Shown here piece after piece: positions 49,315-60,879 of a DNA stretch of 64,000 bases. Numbering within the stretch: position 1 is the first letter of the stretch; each line of letters begins with the position of its first letter. Source of the stretch: Amoebophrya sp. A120 (Eukaryota; Protista; Dinoflagellata); NCBI GenBank assembly GCA_905178155.1, contig CAJINV010000008.1:3931420-3995419 (forward strand), written 5' to 3'. A model generated the notes under the pieces. The model ran no database searches. It was not told the DNA's origin and saw only the letters and a program-made list of their open reading frames with translations. A program made the position numbers and the translations under genes.

Positions 49315-52300
49315 ATGACAAAGGCGAAGTTGGAGCGCAGCGGCGAGAAGTCTGCCTCGGTGCAGCCGCTCCTGCGGCTTGCAGGCACTGCAGCGGTTCT
49401 TCTTGTAACCGATACCGCATCTTTTATTTCGCGCGCCGGTCCTTGCAGCTTGTTGTTTGCGGAGGTGGCAGCTGCAGGAGCCGTGTCGAACACTACCGCA
49501 AAGATCAACGCTGGCTCATCTACCTCGGCGACAATGTCTTCAAAGACCCCGGAAGTTGATGCACCTTCCTCGGCGGGAACTGCCGAAACTGGCGCGGAGT
49601 GGCGCCGACAACTGACGTCGAACTCCACCTCCGGCTCCTCGGCCCCGGCGGCGAATTCGAATTCAAATTCTGCATCCTCGACTGGAGGTGGCCAAACAGC
49701 AGCTACAACAACAGCTCCGGCCGTGGGAACAAAATCAACCGGATCGGCGGGTGGTGGAACGACGTCCTCACCTGGCCAGACGCAGTGGCAGTCGACCATC
49801 GTGACTACGACGACCCCCACTGTGACTACTACTCCGGCACCCCCTATCCTGAGTAAAAATGCCCCCACACCACCAGAGTCAAGATGGGGAATCCGCTAGA
49901 CAAATCAGCCACCTCTGGTTGTTTCGCATGACAAGTTTATCCTCGTAGTGTAATCCTGCTTAGCTAGTTCTGAAGCATCACAGATGTAGCATATCATGCT
50001 GATTCTAGCATCATAAATTCCAAAACAGGACTAGAGCATGGCTGTCATATGGCTCCGCATGAGAAACTTTTTCGGCATGCAGATTTGCATGACAACTCTG
50101 GGGTGGGGGCATTTTTCACTGTAATACCCCCCACTTCGTACCCGCACCCCTGCGACGTGCAGTGCACGGACTATGACACGCTGTCGGGCGTGCCGACCAG
50201 TGTGACCAACTACCTGCGGTACCACGGCGCGCCCGGCGAGGAAGTGGTCGTGTTTCCAGTCAAGGAGGAAAAGAGTCTGGCACTGAGCGGGTACGAGACG
50301 GAGTGGCAGTGCTTCGCAAAGACGACGCAGGCCGACACCAAGGCTATTGCGGTCTGGAAGACGTACAAGCTCGCGTCGCAGGGGGCCACCCAGCGGAGCC
50401 GGTGTGTGCGCAAGTTGAACGGCTTTGCGGACAACAACTGGTGTCAGCCGGACGTGTATCTTCCAGGAAAAAACACCCATCCACATCCAATTTGTCATGC
50501 AAAACATACATAAAATTCTGCGTTTGTCATCCAAAAAATGGATGTGGATGGGTTTTTTTCTGTGGATAACGTGACCGTGATGCAGCGCGTCTACATGGGA
50601 ACCGCGGGCGCTTACGAGCCGACGGCGATCAGCATGACCGGTACAACCGGCGCGACCGCCGCGAACGCCCGCATATGCGACATCGTCGGAGCTTTGAATT
50701 GCCAGGCGGGGAACACGCTGCCTTCGAGCTTGTCGGGCAAGAAGGTCTGGCGCTACTACGAGAAGAGCGTTTTCGCCCTCACGAGCGGTGACTTGAGCTA
50801 CAAGCGCCCCTGGCAAGCGTCGTCGGTGTCCTTTCAAAACCTGGACCTCTACGGCTTCCATTTCCCGACCGAAGCCATGCGAAAGGCGGTGATCGCAGAC
50901 GCGCGAGCGAAACTCGGGACGGACCAGACTGATGCGAGTAACGCGCAGCTCTCGGCTATGGATGTGTCAGGATTGAAAAAGACAAAGTTGAAATAACTTG
51001 TAATGCATAAAATGGATGAAAGTTGTGACCCAGTTTCCAAGTGGCGCATGAGAAACTTGGGTAAAGCCGAAATCCAGTCTGTCATGCTGTTTGGGTAAAG
51101 ACGATGCCTTTTCTCATGCTACTTTAGCAGCTCAGTTTCTCTTTCTACCCCTCAACAGGCTTATAATCTGCCTCACTTGCCTACTCTGCAAGACAGGCAC
51201 CTTGAGGGCTGCATTTTATGCATGACAAACTATTTCAACTTTGAGGATTTCAAACCTGACACTCCCATATCGGCAGACGCGCAACAACAGGCACGCGCAC
51301 GCCGGTCGTTGGCGATGGCCCCCTTGTTGTGGAAAGAGCAGTATCCTGTGCAAAAGTATCGTAGTCGTACTAATCGCAATCTTGCATGACAAATTAACCT
51401 TTTTACCTGAATTAGCATTACAAATTCCACTTTTCTTTCTGATAAAATTTGTAATGCAATTTATACTAGTACGATACTTTTGCAATGCATAAGCAGGACA
51501 TTCTGGGGCCGTGCGACATGAATTGGGTCCATCAAATGGCGTTTCCGAGCGGCACGGCGGATTTTAGAGGTGAAATCGAAGTGGACAGTCAAGTCATCGA
51601 AAATGCCAGCTTGGAAAGGCTTCGGCAGCAGTTCCCAACGATATGCATTTTTGCAAATATGTCTGGGTCTGGATGAAACTTGTGATGCTAATTCATGCAT
51701 CTTCACAAACTGACTCTTATTTGCAGCCATGCATGAGAAATTTCATCTGAGCAGTTATGTCAACATGCGTAACCCGCATCACAAATCGCGTTTATTTTGC
51801 TGGACATTACCAACATTTGCCCACGCAGAGCCGTCCTCTTGCCGGACACAGCCAACATCTGTCCGAAACAGCCTAGGGCCAAGACGACACCGTGAGGACG
51901 ACCACAGGGGGTCCGTCTCAATGAAATGAAACGAAATGAAATGACAGAGGGTCGGCCCTATTCCACAACATGCATCACAGAGTTCACGGGCATGCGAGTT
52001 CTTTAGCAATACAAATCTCGCAATCTTCCAGACCCAGACATATTTGCATTTGATACACGACGGTTGGGATCGATCTGCCGGCAAGCGAGTACCAGGGCAG
52101 CGGTTACCTGACGCACTACATGAACATCGCGTACCGCATTCGCTACGCCCCCTTTACTTCGGCCGACGGGAAAGACCCGGGGAAGTTTCTCGATCGTGCG
52201 TATTTTCCCGCGGGCGCGACCGGCGCCGCGTTGGGGCAGCGCTCCTACCTGGATTCGCTGTTCACGGTGAAACTCTCCGACCTGCAGCAGGCCACGATCA

Positions 52301-54989
52301 ACGGGGCCTCCTATTCCACCCTGACCGGCCAGTACGGCTTGGTCCAGACCTACCTTCCCGGGTGGCTGGCCCACGCGGTGGCGCAGGACGGCGGCCAGTC
52401 CGTGCTTGCGGTGCGAAAAACGGACAAGCGGGTCTTTCTGTACGAAAAGGACACGCGGCAGGTCACGGACCTGAAAACTTTGATTGGCACCGAGAGGGTG
52501 GAGGTCTACCCGGACGGCATGAACGTCATCGACCCGGCCGCGGGCTGGACGGCCTTCCGCGCGGGGACCAACTACAATGTTCCGTTTTTGACCTGTGCGG
52601 CCTGGTTCACCTGTGTCTCGAAGGCCAGCGTCGCGGCCGGCGCGCCGGCCCTGATCTACATTTCCGTTGATTTGGGCGCGTTGATCCCCTCCAAGATGGA
52701 GAGCCGCACCGAGCGCGCGATGAAGTTCAACTTTCCCGTCAACGATATCCAATCTCTCTGCCAGGACGGGAAGTTTTACTGGGACCCCCAGCTGAGCAAC
52801 GGCAAGATGGGTGGTGACGCCGCCGAGATGGCGCCGGAAGTGGCGGCCGAGCCCCCAAAACCGCCGCCCGCGATTTCCACATCCGCACCGAAAGCTGCAG
52901 CAGGAGGCGCAGGTCCAGGTGCCTCGTCCACGAATACCGGGACTAGTTCAGGATCCTCGTCGTCGGGCGGGGGCGGGTCACCCACCGCCCAAGGGGCGTC
53001 CGGTGGAGGAGGAGGAGGAGGAGCGGGGGGCACTTCTACTAGTAATACCAATACGAATACCGGAGCTCCTGGTGGTGCTACTCAAGAAGCAGGAGCCAGT
53101 ACAACTCCTGGCCGCGCAACAACTCCAACTCCGTCCACTAGCACCCCAAGCCCCACCACGACACTCCCACCCGTCACGCTGGACGCCTCCTACACCGCCA
53201 CCGAGTCTCTCCCCGCTTCTGCCACGGCAGAGCAGCTTCTCAGTTCGCCCGGATACGTGAGCGCGAAGAAAATGGGTCTGGCGCAGGGAATCCAGGTCCC
53301 GCCAGAAAGTATCGAAGTCACAGGCTTCGTCCTGTCGGTCGTCCCCTCCTCTTCGGCGAGCCGGAGAGCTCGTTTGCTGTCAACATCTGGTGCGACCACT
53401 ACGGACAAGCGCGTGGAGACGAAATTTCGTGTGACTTTTGAAGCAGACCTGCAGAAACAAGTGATCCAAGCGACGGCGACGACGCCGGCCGGTCTCGCCG
53501 CGGCGTCGGCCCCGACGGCGGCGGACGTGCAGGCGGCTTTCCAGGCGCGAATGACCAAGCCGCAAGTAACCCAGGCGATCCAGACGCAAACCAACACCGC
53601 CCTGCAGCTCACGGATTTCACCGCCGACCCGGTGATTGACACCGCACCCACCGTGCAGACGGTGGTGCCAGACGTGCAAGGCGTGTCCGTGTTGCCCACC
53701 ACCACCGTGCCGCCGCCGAGCACAACTTCAACGACGACCGCAGAGGACGACGATGATAGCGGACTGGAGATGCTGGCGTTCATCCTCGCGGGAGTTGTGG
53801 CAGTCGCTTTTACCTTTTCCGCTGCCGTCTACTGCCGCCCCGCAAACAAAATTCGCCGCCAGCTGGCATTATCCACGAGTAAACTACTATTGCCGGCGCA
53901 CAATCCAGTTGTAGCTAAATCTAATATCACAAGTCGCACGCTACTCCAGGACTGGACGTGAGCACGCTGGAAACCGGGCACGTTGACAGGTACAAGAAAG
54001 ATATAAGAACGCGTCTTCTCCTCCACTATCACGAAGGCTTCGGAAAAAATCATTTTTGGTCAACATTTGTTCCTGTTCTTCATTTCTCTTCTGTCACTAT
54101 CCGATGCGTGTAGCGCTACGGGAGTACAACACCTTGTATGATCGGCTGGAAGTTTGCTTTGCATAGGCAGGAGAGCAGGACGGCGCAACGGGATCAAAAC
54201 CCACGTCCGGGCAGGGTTTTGACAAGCCCAATGGACGGCAGTCTCTGATAAAGCTGAAACGGGAGGAAGGTGTGGAATACGAAGAAAAAGCTGCTGCTCT
54301 GCAGCAAGAAATCATCGATGTTCCTGCAGAGGAGCAAGAACACCTTCAAGTTCTCGACGAGGTTTCGCCAGGTGATGTCGTCGCGGCAATCGAAGATGAT
54401 GCGGGCGAGAATATGAAAGGAAAAACTTCTGTGGTAGCGGAAGGTCAGGCTGAATTTGTGATACAGATGAACATGCTGAAGCAACTTCTTAGAAGCCCAT
54501 TGAACTTGATTTATGTTGTGACTGCGCTCCTTTTCATGCCAAGGAATTATGCAGAGACGGGCAATTCCAATTTTTACCGAACAACCTTGTTTTCGCGGAT
54601 TTACCGCGCACAACAAGTAGTCGCTGGTTTGTTCTTACCTGGTCTTATGCATGCAACCGAATTTTCTATTTCTATTTGGTCGTCGAAAAAAGGTCAAGGT
54701 CGCATCACGACTAACGCCTACTACACAATCTTTTTCTTCCATAGAGAAGCGGAAAAGCAGGAAGAGCAAGAAGCGCAGGAGCAGTCGGTCGTCCCCGCTG
54801 GACGAGTCCACTGTTCTTGCTGAAGATGCGCAAGATGCTGCTGCTGCGGAAGATGTTACAGGAGAAGGCGGAGGCGAGATCACGACCGTCCTGGTGGACG
54901 ACGCACCTGCGGAGGTCGCGGATGTTGGGGAAAAACAAGACGATTCCGCGGCACAAACGACGACGCCTTCCTTCACATTCAATTACTAA
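49315..54989 (+). CDS. Large type-I surface/membrane protein with Cys-containing ectodomain, Thr/Ser-rich stalks, TM helix and acidic tail
   Basis: Continuous frame after removing six introners and one GT-AG intron; hydrophobic N-terminal stretch; TM MLAFILAGVVAVAFTFSAAVYC. Confidence 0.8.
49845..50126. mobile_element. Introner (family A, homologous to 12596)
   Basis: Shared interior gtcaagatggggaatc.gctagacaaatc; TSD ccccc; removal gives TPA-PP-TSYP. Confidence 0.92.
50457..50568. mobile_element. Introner, 112 bp, TIR shared with the 1.3-kb element at 4650
   Basis: aaaaaacacccatccacatcca / tggatgtggatgggttttttt; TSD acgtg; removal gives CQP-DV-TVMQ. Confidence 0.9.
50957..51269. mobile_element. 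Introner (family F)
   Basis: tatgg..gtgtcagg...aaagttgaaata / tatttcaacttt...cctgacac..ccata; TSD tcggc; removal gives QL-SA-DAQQ. Confidence 0.92.
51342..51491. mobile_element. Introner (family C)
   Basis: TIR tgcaaaagtatcgta; TSD agcag; removal gives WK-EQ-DILG. Confidence 0.92.
51642..52055. mobile_element. Introner (family D ends, 414 bp)
   Basis: TIR tgcaaatatgtctgggtctgga; TSD aacga/cacga; removal gives QFPT-TVGIDL in frame with ORF 52120. Confidence 0.9.
53870..54165. mobile_element. Degenerate introner
   Basis: tatccacgagtaaact / agtttgctttgcata; TSD ggcat/ggcag; removal gives RQLA-GEQDG. Confidence 0.7.
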
Positions 54990-56521
54990 AAATTTACCAT
55001 TTCGACCACGAGTCGTCAAAAGCTTCAGCTGCAAGGTGAAGCTCGTTTTATTGGAAATGTACTACTACTGTATGAATGTTTATGATTTTTAAGTATGTTG
55101 CTTTATTCCTTTCAATTATTTATTCCCTCGTTCTTGTTCTAATTTCATCGTACTTGCACAAGAAGTATCTCGCACGAGGCCAGGTTTTCATATTCATTCG
55201 TTCTTCTCTGTCTCTCTCTTGCTCGCTCGAAAAAACTCCCAGCACATTTTTTTTTCGCGGCCAGTAGGTCTTCTTGCACTGTATGGGATAGCTGCTCCTG
55301 AGCCTACTGCGCAACTACAGTATCAAAGGACACTCGTGCGTAGACCTGCTGCAGGGGCGCAAACCAGCCGAAAGAGACAACCGGCTGAAACTACGTGTAA
55401 AGTTGAAGCGTTACAAACCACCGGCAGGCAGCGCCTAGTGGTCCCAGCGAAAATCTTTCCTGTGGTTAGCTTACACAGTCACAGAGAGAGTAGCTTGTTA
55501 GTAGTTAGAAGCTGCTGACTGTAGAGCTTATTCCTCCTCCTCCTCAGTATCAAATAAACATAAAACACTCCATCGTAGTACAGAAGTAGAGTGCCAGGGC
55601 ATGGCAGCTGATGAATGTCTTCATAGTCTTCTTTGAGTTCTTTGTGATTTTCATGCATAATTGTAGTTATGATGTCTTTGATGTTTGTACGTTCGTTGTC
55701 ATTGTTTCACCCACGGATAGAACGTACAAATGAACACTACAAATTAACATCATGAAGGTTGTAGTAGAAAAAAATAAATGCGCAGAAGCAGCCGGCTCAG
55801 AACGAAGAAGGTGAACCACCGTCATTCGTTCCTGGAAAAAGATGTTGAGCCTTTCCAGTAGTTGTATGTCCTGTGTGTTCGTACCTTTGTTCATCTCGGC
55901 GGTTGGTGTAGAAAGGATTGCAACAGCAGCAAGATGAGACGCATTCACTGATATGCTAGGGGGAATCTAGGAAGATGAAGAGGAGTTCGAGTTGTGACTT
56001 AAAGTGAGCAGGTTCTGGTGACGAGTTCTTATTTTCATGGTGATCTCTGTCTGGTTTAATTTTAAAGAGATGTTGACGCACTAGACGTAGACCGCAGCCG
56101 AGCAGCTACAACTGTGGTCTTCATTCAATCATAGTATAGGGTTTTTTGATCTGTGTCCTCTGCGTCCGCGCTCGTCGTCTCCATTGACGAGCTACTACGT
56201 TCGTGCTATCCGTTGTAGTTCTTTTTCATCACCCCGTTTCGTCACGAAAAGAACCTTCCCAAAAAAAATTTAGCCACCAGTGAGAGTAGTAGATTCTATT
56301 CTCTTCTTCGAGCAGGGGCAGTAGAGCAGGACTCGCTTCCAGCTCTTTTGATTCTTCTTGACGCTGCTCGAGTCGTCCTACTTGTGGTTCAGAAGGACAA
56401 GGTCGTCTTTCTGCGCGGAGCCGAGCTGTAGGTGCTTGCGCGATTGTGGTTCGTGTCTTGCTCCTTGACAGAATCTACTGATTCGCAATAACCTGGTGCA
56501 AGACCAACAGCAACATCCACG

Positions 56522-59004
56522 ATGGAAGTCTTCTTCTACGTCCTCGCGAACGGGTTTTTCCTGCTTGCCGGTCTATTGCTGCTGAGGGACAGCACGAGAA
56601 AAAATGAATATGGGAAACCGGTGCAAGTCATGGTGGCCAGGGATACACAGGTAATACGAGATATTTTTGCATCAGTGATTTTCTTTAAGCTTCGCTTCTT
56701 GTTGCACGGGAGTCTTGCACCATGATGTCAAGTTCAAGATTTTCATCGTGCTCTGGATGTTGGAAGTGGAGTACGAGTATGATTGTGCAAAAAAATCAGA
56801 TAATGTTTTTTCTCGGCACGCTCTTGCGTTTCTACTGGAGCGCATCACCACCGGCAGTATGGAGCAACGAGGGCCCGATCGTGCGAACCCTGTGCCAGGC
56901 CGACATCTGCATTTCGCCGATAGTATGGGGCTGCGTGCTCGCGTTCGTGGCCATGCAGCAAACCAAATACTGCGAAAGTTTGTCCCTGCCACTGCCGCTC
57001 TTCAAGGACAGCACCAATGTTGCGGCGCTTTCCGCATCGGGGATGGCGAAGAACAGAATAAGATTGCCACTCAACTAGGCAAGGCAAAAACTTTTGAAAT
57101 ATATTGTGCTTCTGCATCTGCTCTCCATTTTTTTCGACGATGTAAAAAAGCGTCAGCGTCGCATGCATCGATTTTGGACATGATAATGCTGCAATGAAGA
57201 GGTTTGCACGAACACGCCAGGCGAGGCAGAGCCTGTCTCGGGCGGGACAAACACGAAACGCATTAGCATGCTGGAGAATCTGATTTTCCCACCTTAATCT
57301 ATGTGTCTTTCGTCTCTACTGTGGTCTCGCAACAAATAGTGCATCTACATCTACTTCAATCGAGTCTCGGCATGCGCTGCCGGTGTCAATAAACAAGCAA
57401 TACTAGACACTGAACACAAATCTGGGACGAGAACAACTGGCAGGGCACAATTTTCGCATTCTATAACACCTGGTTTACTCTCACAGTCGCTACGCTGCTG
57501 TTGTCCATCTTCCTCCACCACATGAATCCCCCATCCGTATGAACTGTAATTTCATTCTTGTTACCGTAGTACGGATACTACCTACTTGATGTACTTCTTC
57601 TACTTGCATTTTTGCATTAACAAGTTCTTATAGGCAGCTAAATTTCCTATGCAGCTGTCCCAAACTCAAACTTTGTCACGCATGTTGTTCCTGATTTGCG
57701 TCGCGTCTGCATGTACGGCTACGGTACTAAAAGCTTGTGATGCATAACCCACTTGGCACATTGACGAGGAGGATGACCAGCCCTGGCCAATGGCAGACGT
57801 GTCCGTAGTCTGGAATATGCTCCTGGACTGCGTTGCCATGGTATCGCTTATTTGAAATGTTTCAAGAACACAGTGATGCTCCACCGAATCTTCTTACTCT
57901 GAATAAACGCATAGCACAGCACCCGCCTTAATATCATTTTGCTTTTACTGCTGGATCATCAGACAACTCATATCTCATACACTTATGCGGCATCTCATCA
58001 AGCAAGAAGATATATGATGCGGCCTTTTGAAATCAATAACAATATCAATTTCAACAGTTTCCGCAACTCTACATCATCTACGTTACCCCCGAACCACCAT
58101 CAGACGGCGCAGCCAACTTTGTCGGAATCCTCTGCGTTGCACGGGTCCTGCGTATGGTTGCATGGGGCCACATCATCTTCACTGCATGTACTATTCGATT
58201 TCGCAGCTGCGGCCGTCATTTTCTTTATTTCATCATGCATCTTCAGGAGCGGTTGGTCCATGCTCCGTACCACAGAGAGAAAGAGCCAGGTGGAGCCAGC
58301 ACATGCGTACTAACAATTAGGCAAAATATTAATATGCTAATTACGCACGGCAAACATGAAAAATAAACAGGGGTCCGGTCCATTGGTGTTCCGGGGTTTT
58401 TGTGGTGCTACGTACTGCCGGACTTCTGCCACAGTTTGCTGATGGGCAAGTACTTGTGGCTGTTTCTGTATGGAAGCGTCAGGTGTGAAATCGACAAAGT
58501 TGAAATGATTTGTCATGCATAAAATGGAAATACCAGTTGGAAGACCAATTTCCACGCTGCGCATGACAAATTTTCGGAGCACCGGAATCCAATTTGTCAT
58601 GCTGTTTGGGCGCAGGCAGAAGACTGCTTTTGTCATGCTCCTTTAGCAGCTCTATCCCAAACCCTAAATAGGCTCACAATCTGCCTCTCTTGCCATCCCG
58701 GCAAGACAGGCGCTTTATGTCTTGCATTCTATGCATGACAAATCATTTCAACTTTGACGATTTCAATCCTGACAGATCCATATTCTGGCGCGAATCAAGA
58801 AGAACCACCTCGACCTATCCTGTGCAAAAGTATCGTACTCGTATAAATGCAGGTCTTGCATTACAAATTTCTTTGCCAAGGCAAATCAGCATTACAAATT
58901 TTATTTCTCATGCTGAGAAAATTTGTAATGCATTTATACGAGTACGATACTTTTGCAGTTCATACGACCGCTGGATGCACAACGTCGACGGAGAGATGGT
59001 TTAA
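56522..59004 (+). CDS. ERD2/KDEL-receptor-like multi-TM protein
   Basis: Reconstructed exons give ARDTQ-IMFFLGTLLRFYW, LLDCVAM-FPQL, ANFVGILCVARVLRMVAW and YVLPDFCH, matching ERD2-family motif order. Confidence 0.75.
57538..57746. mobile_element. Degenerate introner
   Basis: tatgaac...taccgtag / ctacggta...tgcata; near-TSD atccg/accca; removal plus 5 nt restores NPPS-xWHIDEED. Confidence 0.65.
58469..58782. mobile_element. Introner (family F, homologous to 50957)
   Basis: TSD ttctg; TIR tatgga...gtcagg...caaagttgaaatgatttgtcatgcata; removal gives LWL-FL-ARIK. Confidence 0.92.
58816..58964. mobile_element. Introner (family C)
   Basis: 29-bp perfect stem tgcaaaagtatcgtactcgtataaatgca; TSD cgacc; removal gives NHLD-RWMH. 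Confidence 0.92.
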
Positions 59005-60879
59005 CCGGACATCAAGAGAAGTCCTTTTTGATTTTGTCGTAGTGGAGGAAGTTGTAGACAGTGGAGGTCAGACTAGTTTTGAGTTTGTAGTCAGGATGAA
59101 GAACTTCTTACAATTTATATACAGATCGAATATCAGGTCGTGGTGGAAAAGGAGAGTCTTTCCTTTTACCACTAGCACTTCGGAGGTTATTTCTGCTGAT
59201 AGATTATCGGGGCGCTTGTTCTGCAGAAAAATTTAGAAAAAAGAAAGCAGCTGTAAAAGGTCGTAGATGAAGTGGTCGTGGCGCTGTGCTTCACTCCAAG
59301 AGACCTACGAAGTTACAGCTAGTCGCCACTCAACACTTTGACATGCAGCTTCAACACAGCAATCTGGATGTTGGTGAGAAATCTCCTTGTCCTGACGAAA
59401 CTTCAACCTTAGCAAAAAAAAATCAAAATAAACTTACATTTTACCATTGTTAATCGCAAAACTGCTCTGCACACACAAGAACTTGTTACCATTTTTTACG
59501 AGAATATAGAAATAGAAGCAAGTACTAGATCAACGCTAGCGCCGCTGGAAAGCTTATGGAGGACAACACAGACGACAGGGACGAGCGCACTGGCGAGCAA
59601 AACAAACTGGAACCGCAGCGCTTATGTACGGCCGCAAGGACGACAGCTGGAGCTGTATAACTGTACACAAAGAAAACTGTAGGGCGGAAATGAATTGTCT
59701 ATAAAACACCTGTCCTCACGAATCGCACGACCCCCAGCGGTAGACCTAGTTTTGTTGACTCGAAACTCAAACTTTGTTACCAAATATGACTCTGATTACG
59801 ATTGCACAGACACTGAAGAGAGAATGAAACACTTAATGCTTTTTTGATGAATGATTTTTTTTAGCTCGAGTATTTTTCTGTGGGGAAAAAAATTAGAAGC
59901 GAATGCGAACGCTTTTAATAACGCTATTGTTTCGAAGGACTCGAATGAGTTTACAACTCTTGCAATTTTGAAAAACATATGCTATGTAAAAAAAACCAAA
60001 AAAAACTCTTGTTTTATGAAGGTAGCTCACCTCTATTTATTTTTTCTGAGCAAGACGACGAGCAGCTTTAGCTTACGGAAAGCGGCCATCCCGCTCCCAT
60101 TTCAAATCCAAGGGCGAGTGCCACCTTGTGATTGGGTAGAAGTTTCAGCTGATCCTCAAAGTGGTGTTCGCTCCCTACTGGCAGAATACACGCGTAGCAG
60201 ATCGTGATGTGGTGTTGTTGTTGGTGAATGTTGATTTGTCGTTTGTGATAGTCGCCAGCCGATGTTCTTGGCCTGTGGGTGTCACTTTCTCGGCGCCGTC
60301 TTATGCGGCATCGTGTTTCTGACGGCGGTGGTGTCCTCGAGAGTAGCTGCGCGCAAACTAAGAACATCAGAATCAGATAGAATTCGACGAAGTTAAGTTT
60401 GTTATGTCACTGACGACGTCGTTGAAATAGAAATTTGAAGAAATTGCTGTTGGATGTACTGTTAGTTGCTCCCTCTAGAAGCTGCTCTACATACTATTTG
60501 GTCGTCGTGTAGCCGGATGTCAGGAGCAGGCCCACCAGGCTTGCAGGGCTGCAAGTAGAAGTGCCGTCCGTCGATCACCTAGCTACAAGTCGCAATGTAA
60601 ACATAGAGGGCATGTTGATGATCAAGTGGAAGTGGCGACAGCACAGGGCATCGCGAAGGCGAACGCATACTTACTAGAAGCATGGCGTCCTTACTTGATA
60701 TCAGCACGATCACATTACCACGTTACCAATTATCGAGTTTTTTGCTTCATGGCAGTAGAGCTGACGTAGAATTGTGAAAGTAGTATGTAAGCAGACGCGG
60801 CCACCGTAGTTGGTTATCGCCCGAGAAGTGGAAAACTACAGCCCGTCGACAGTACTACAACTACCACTTCCTGTGCAAA

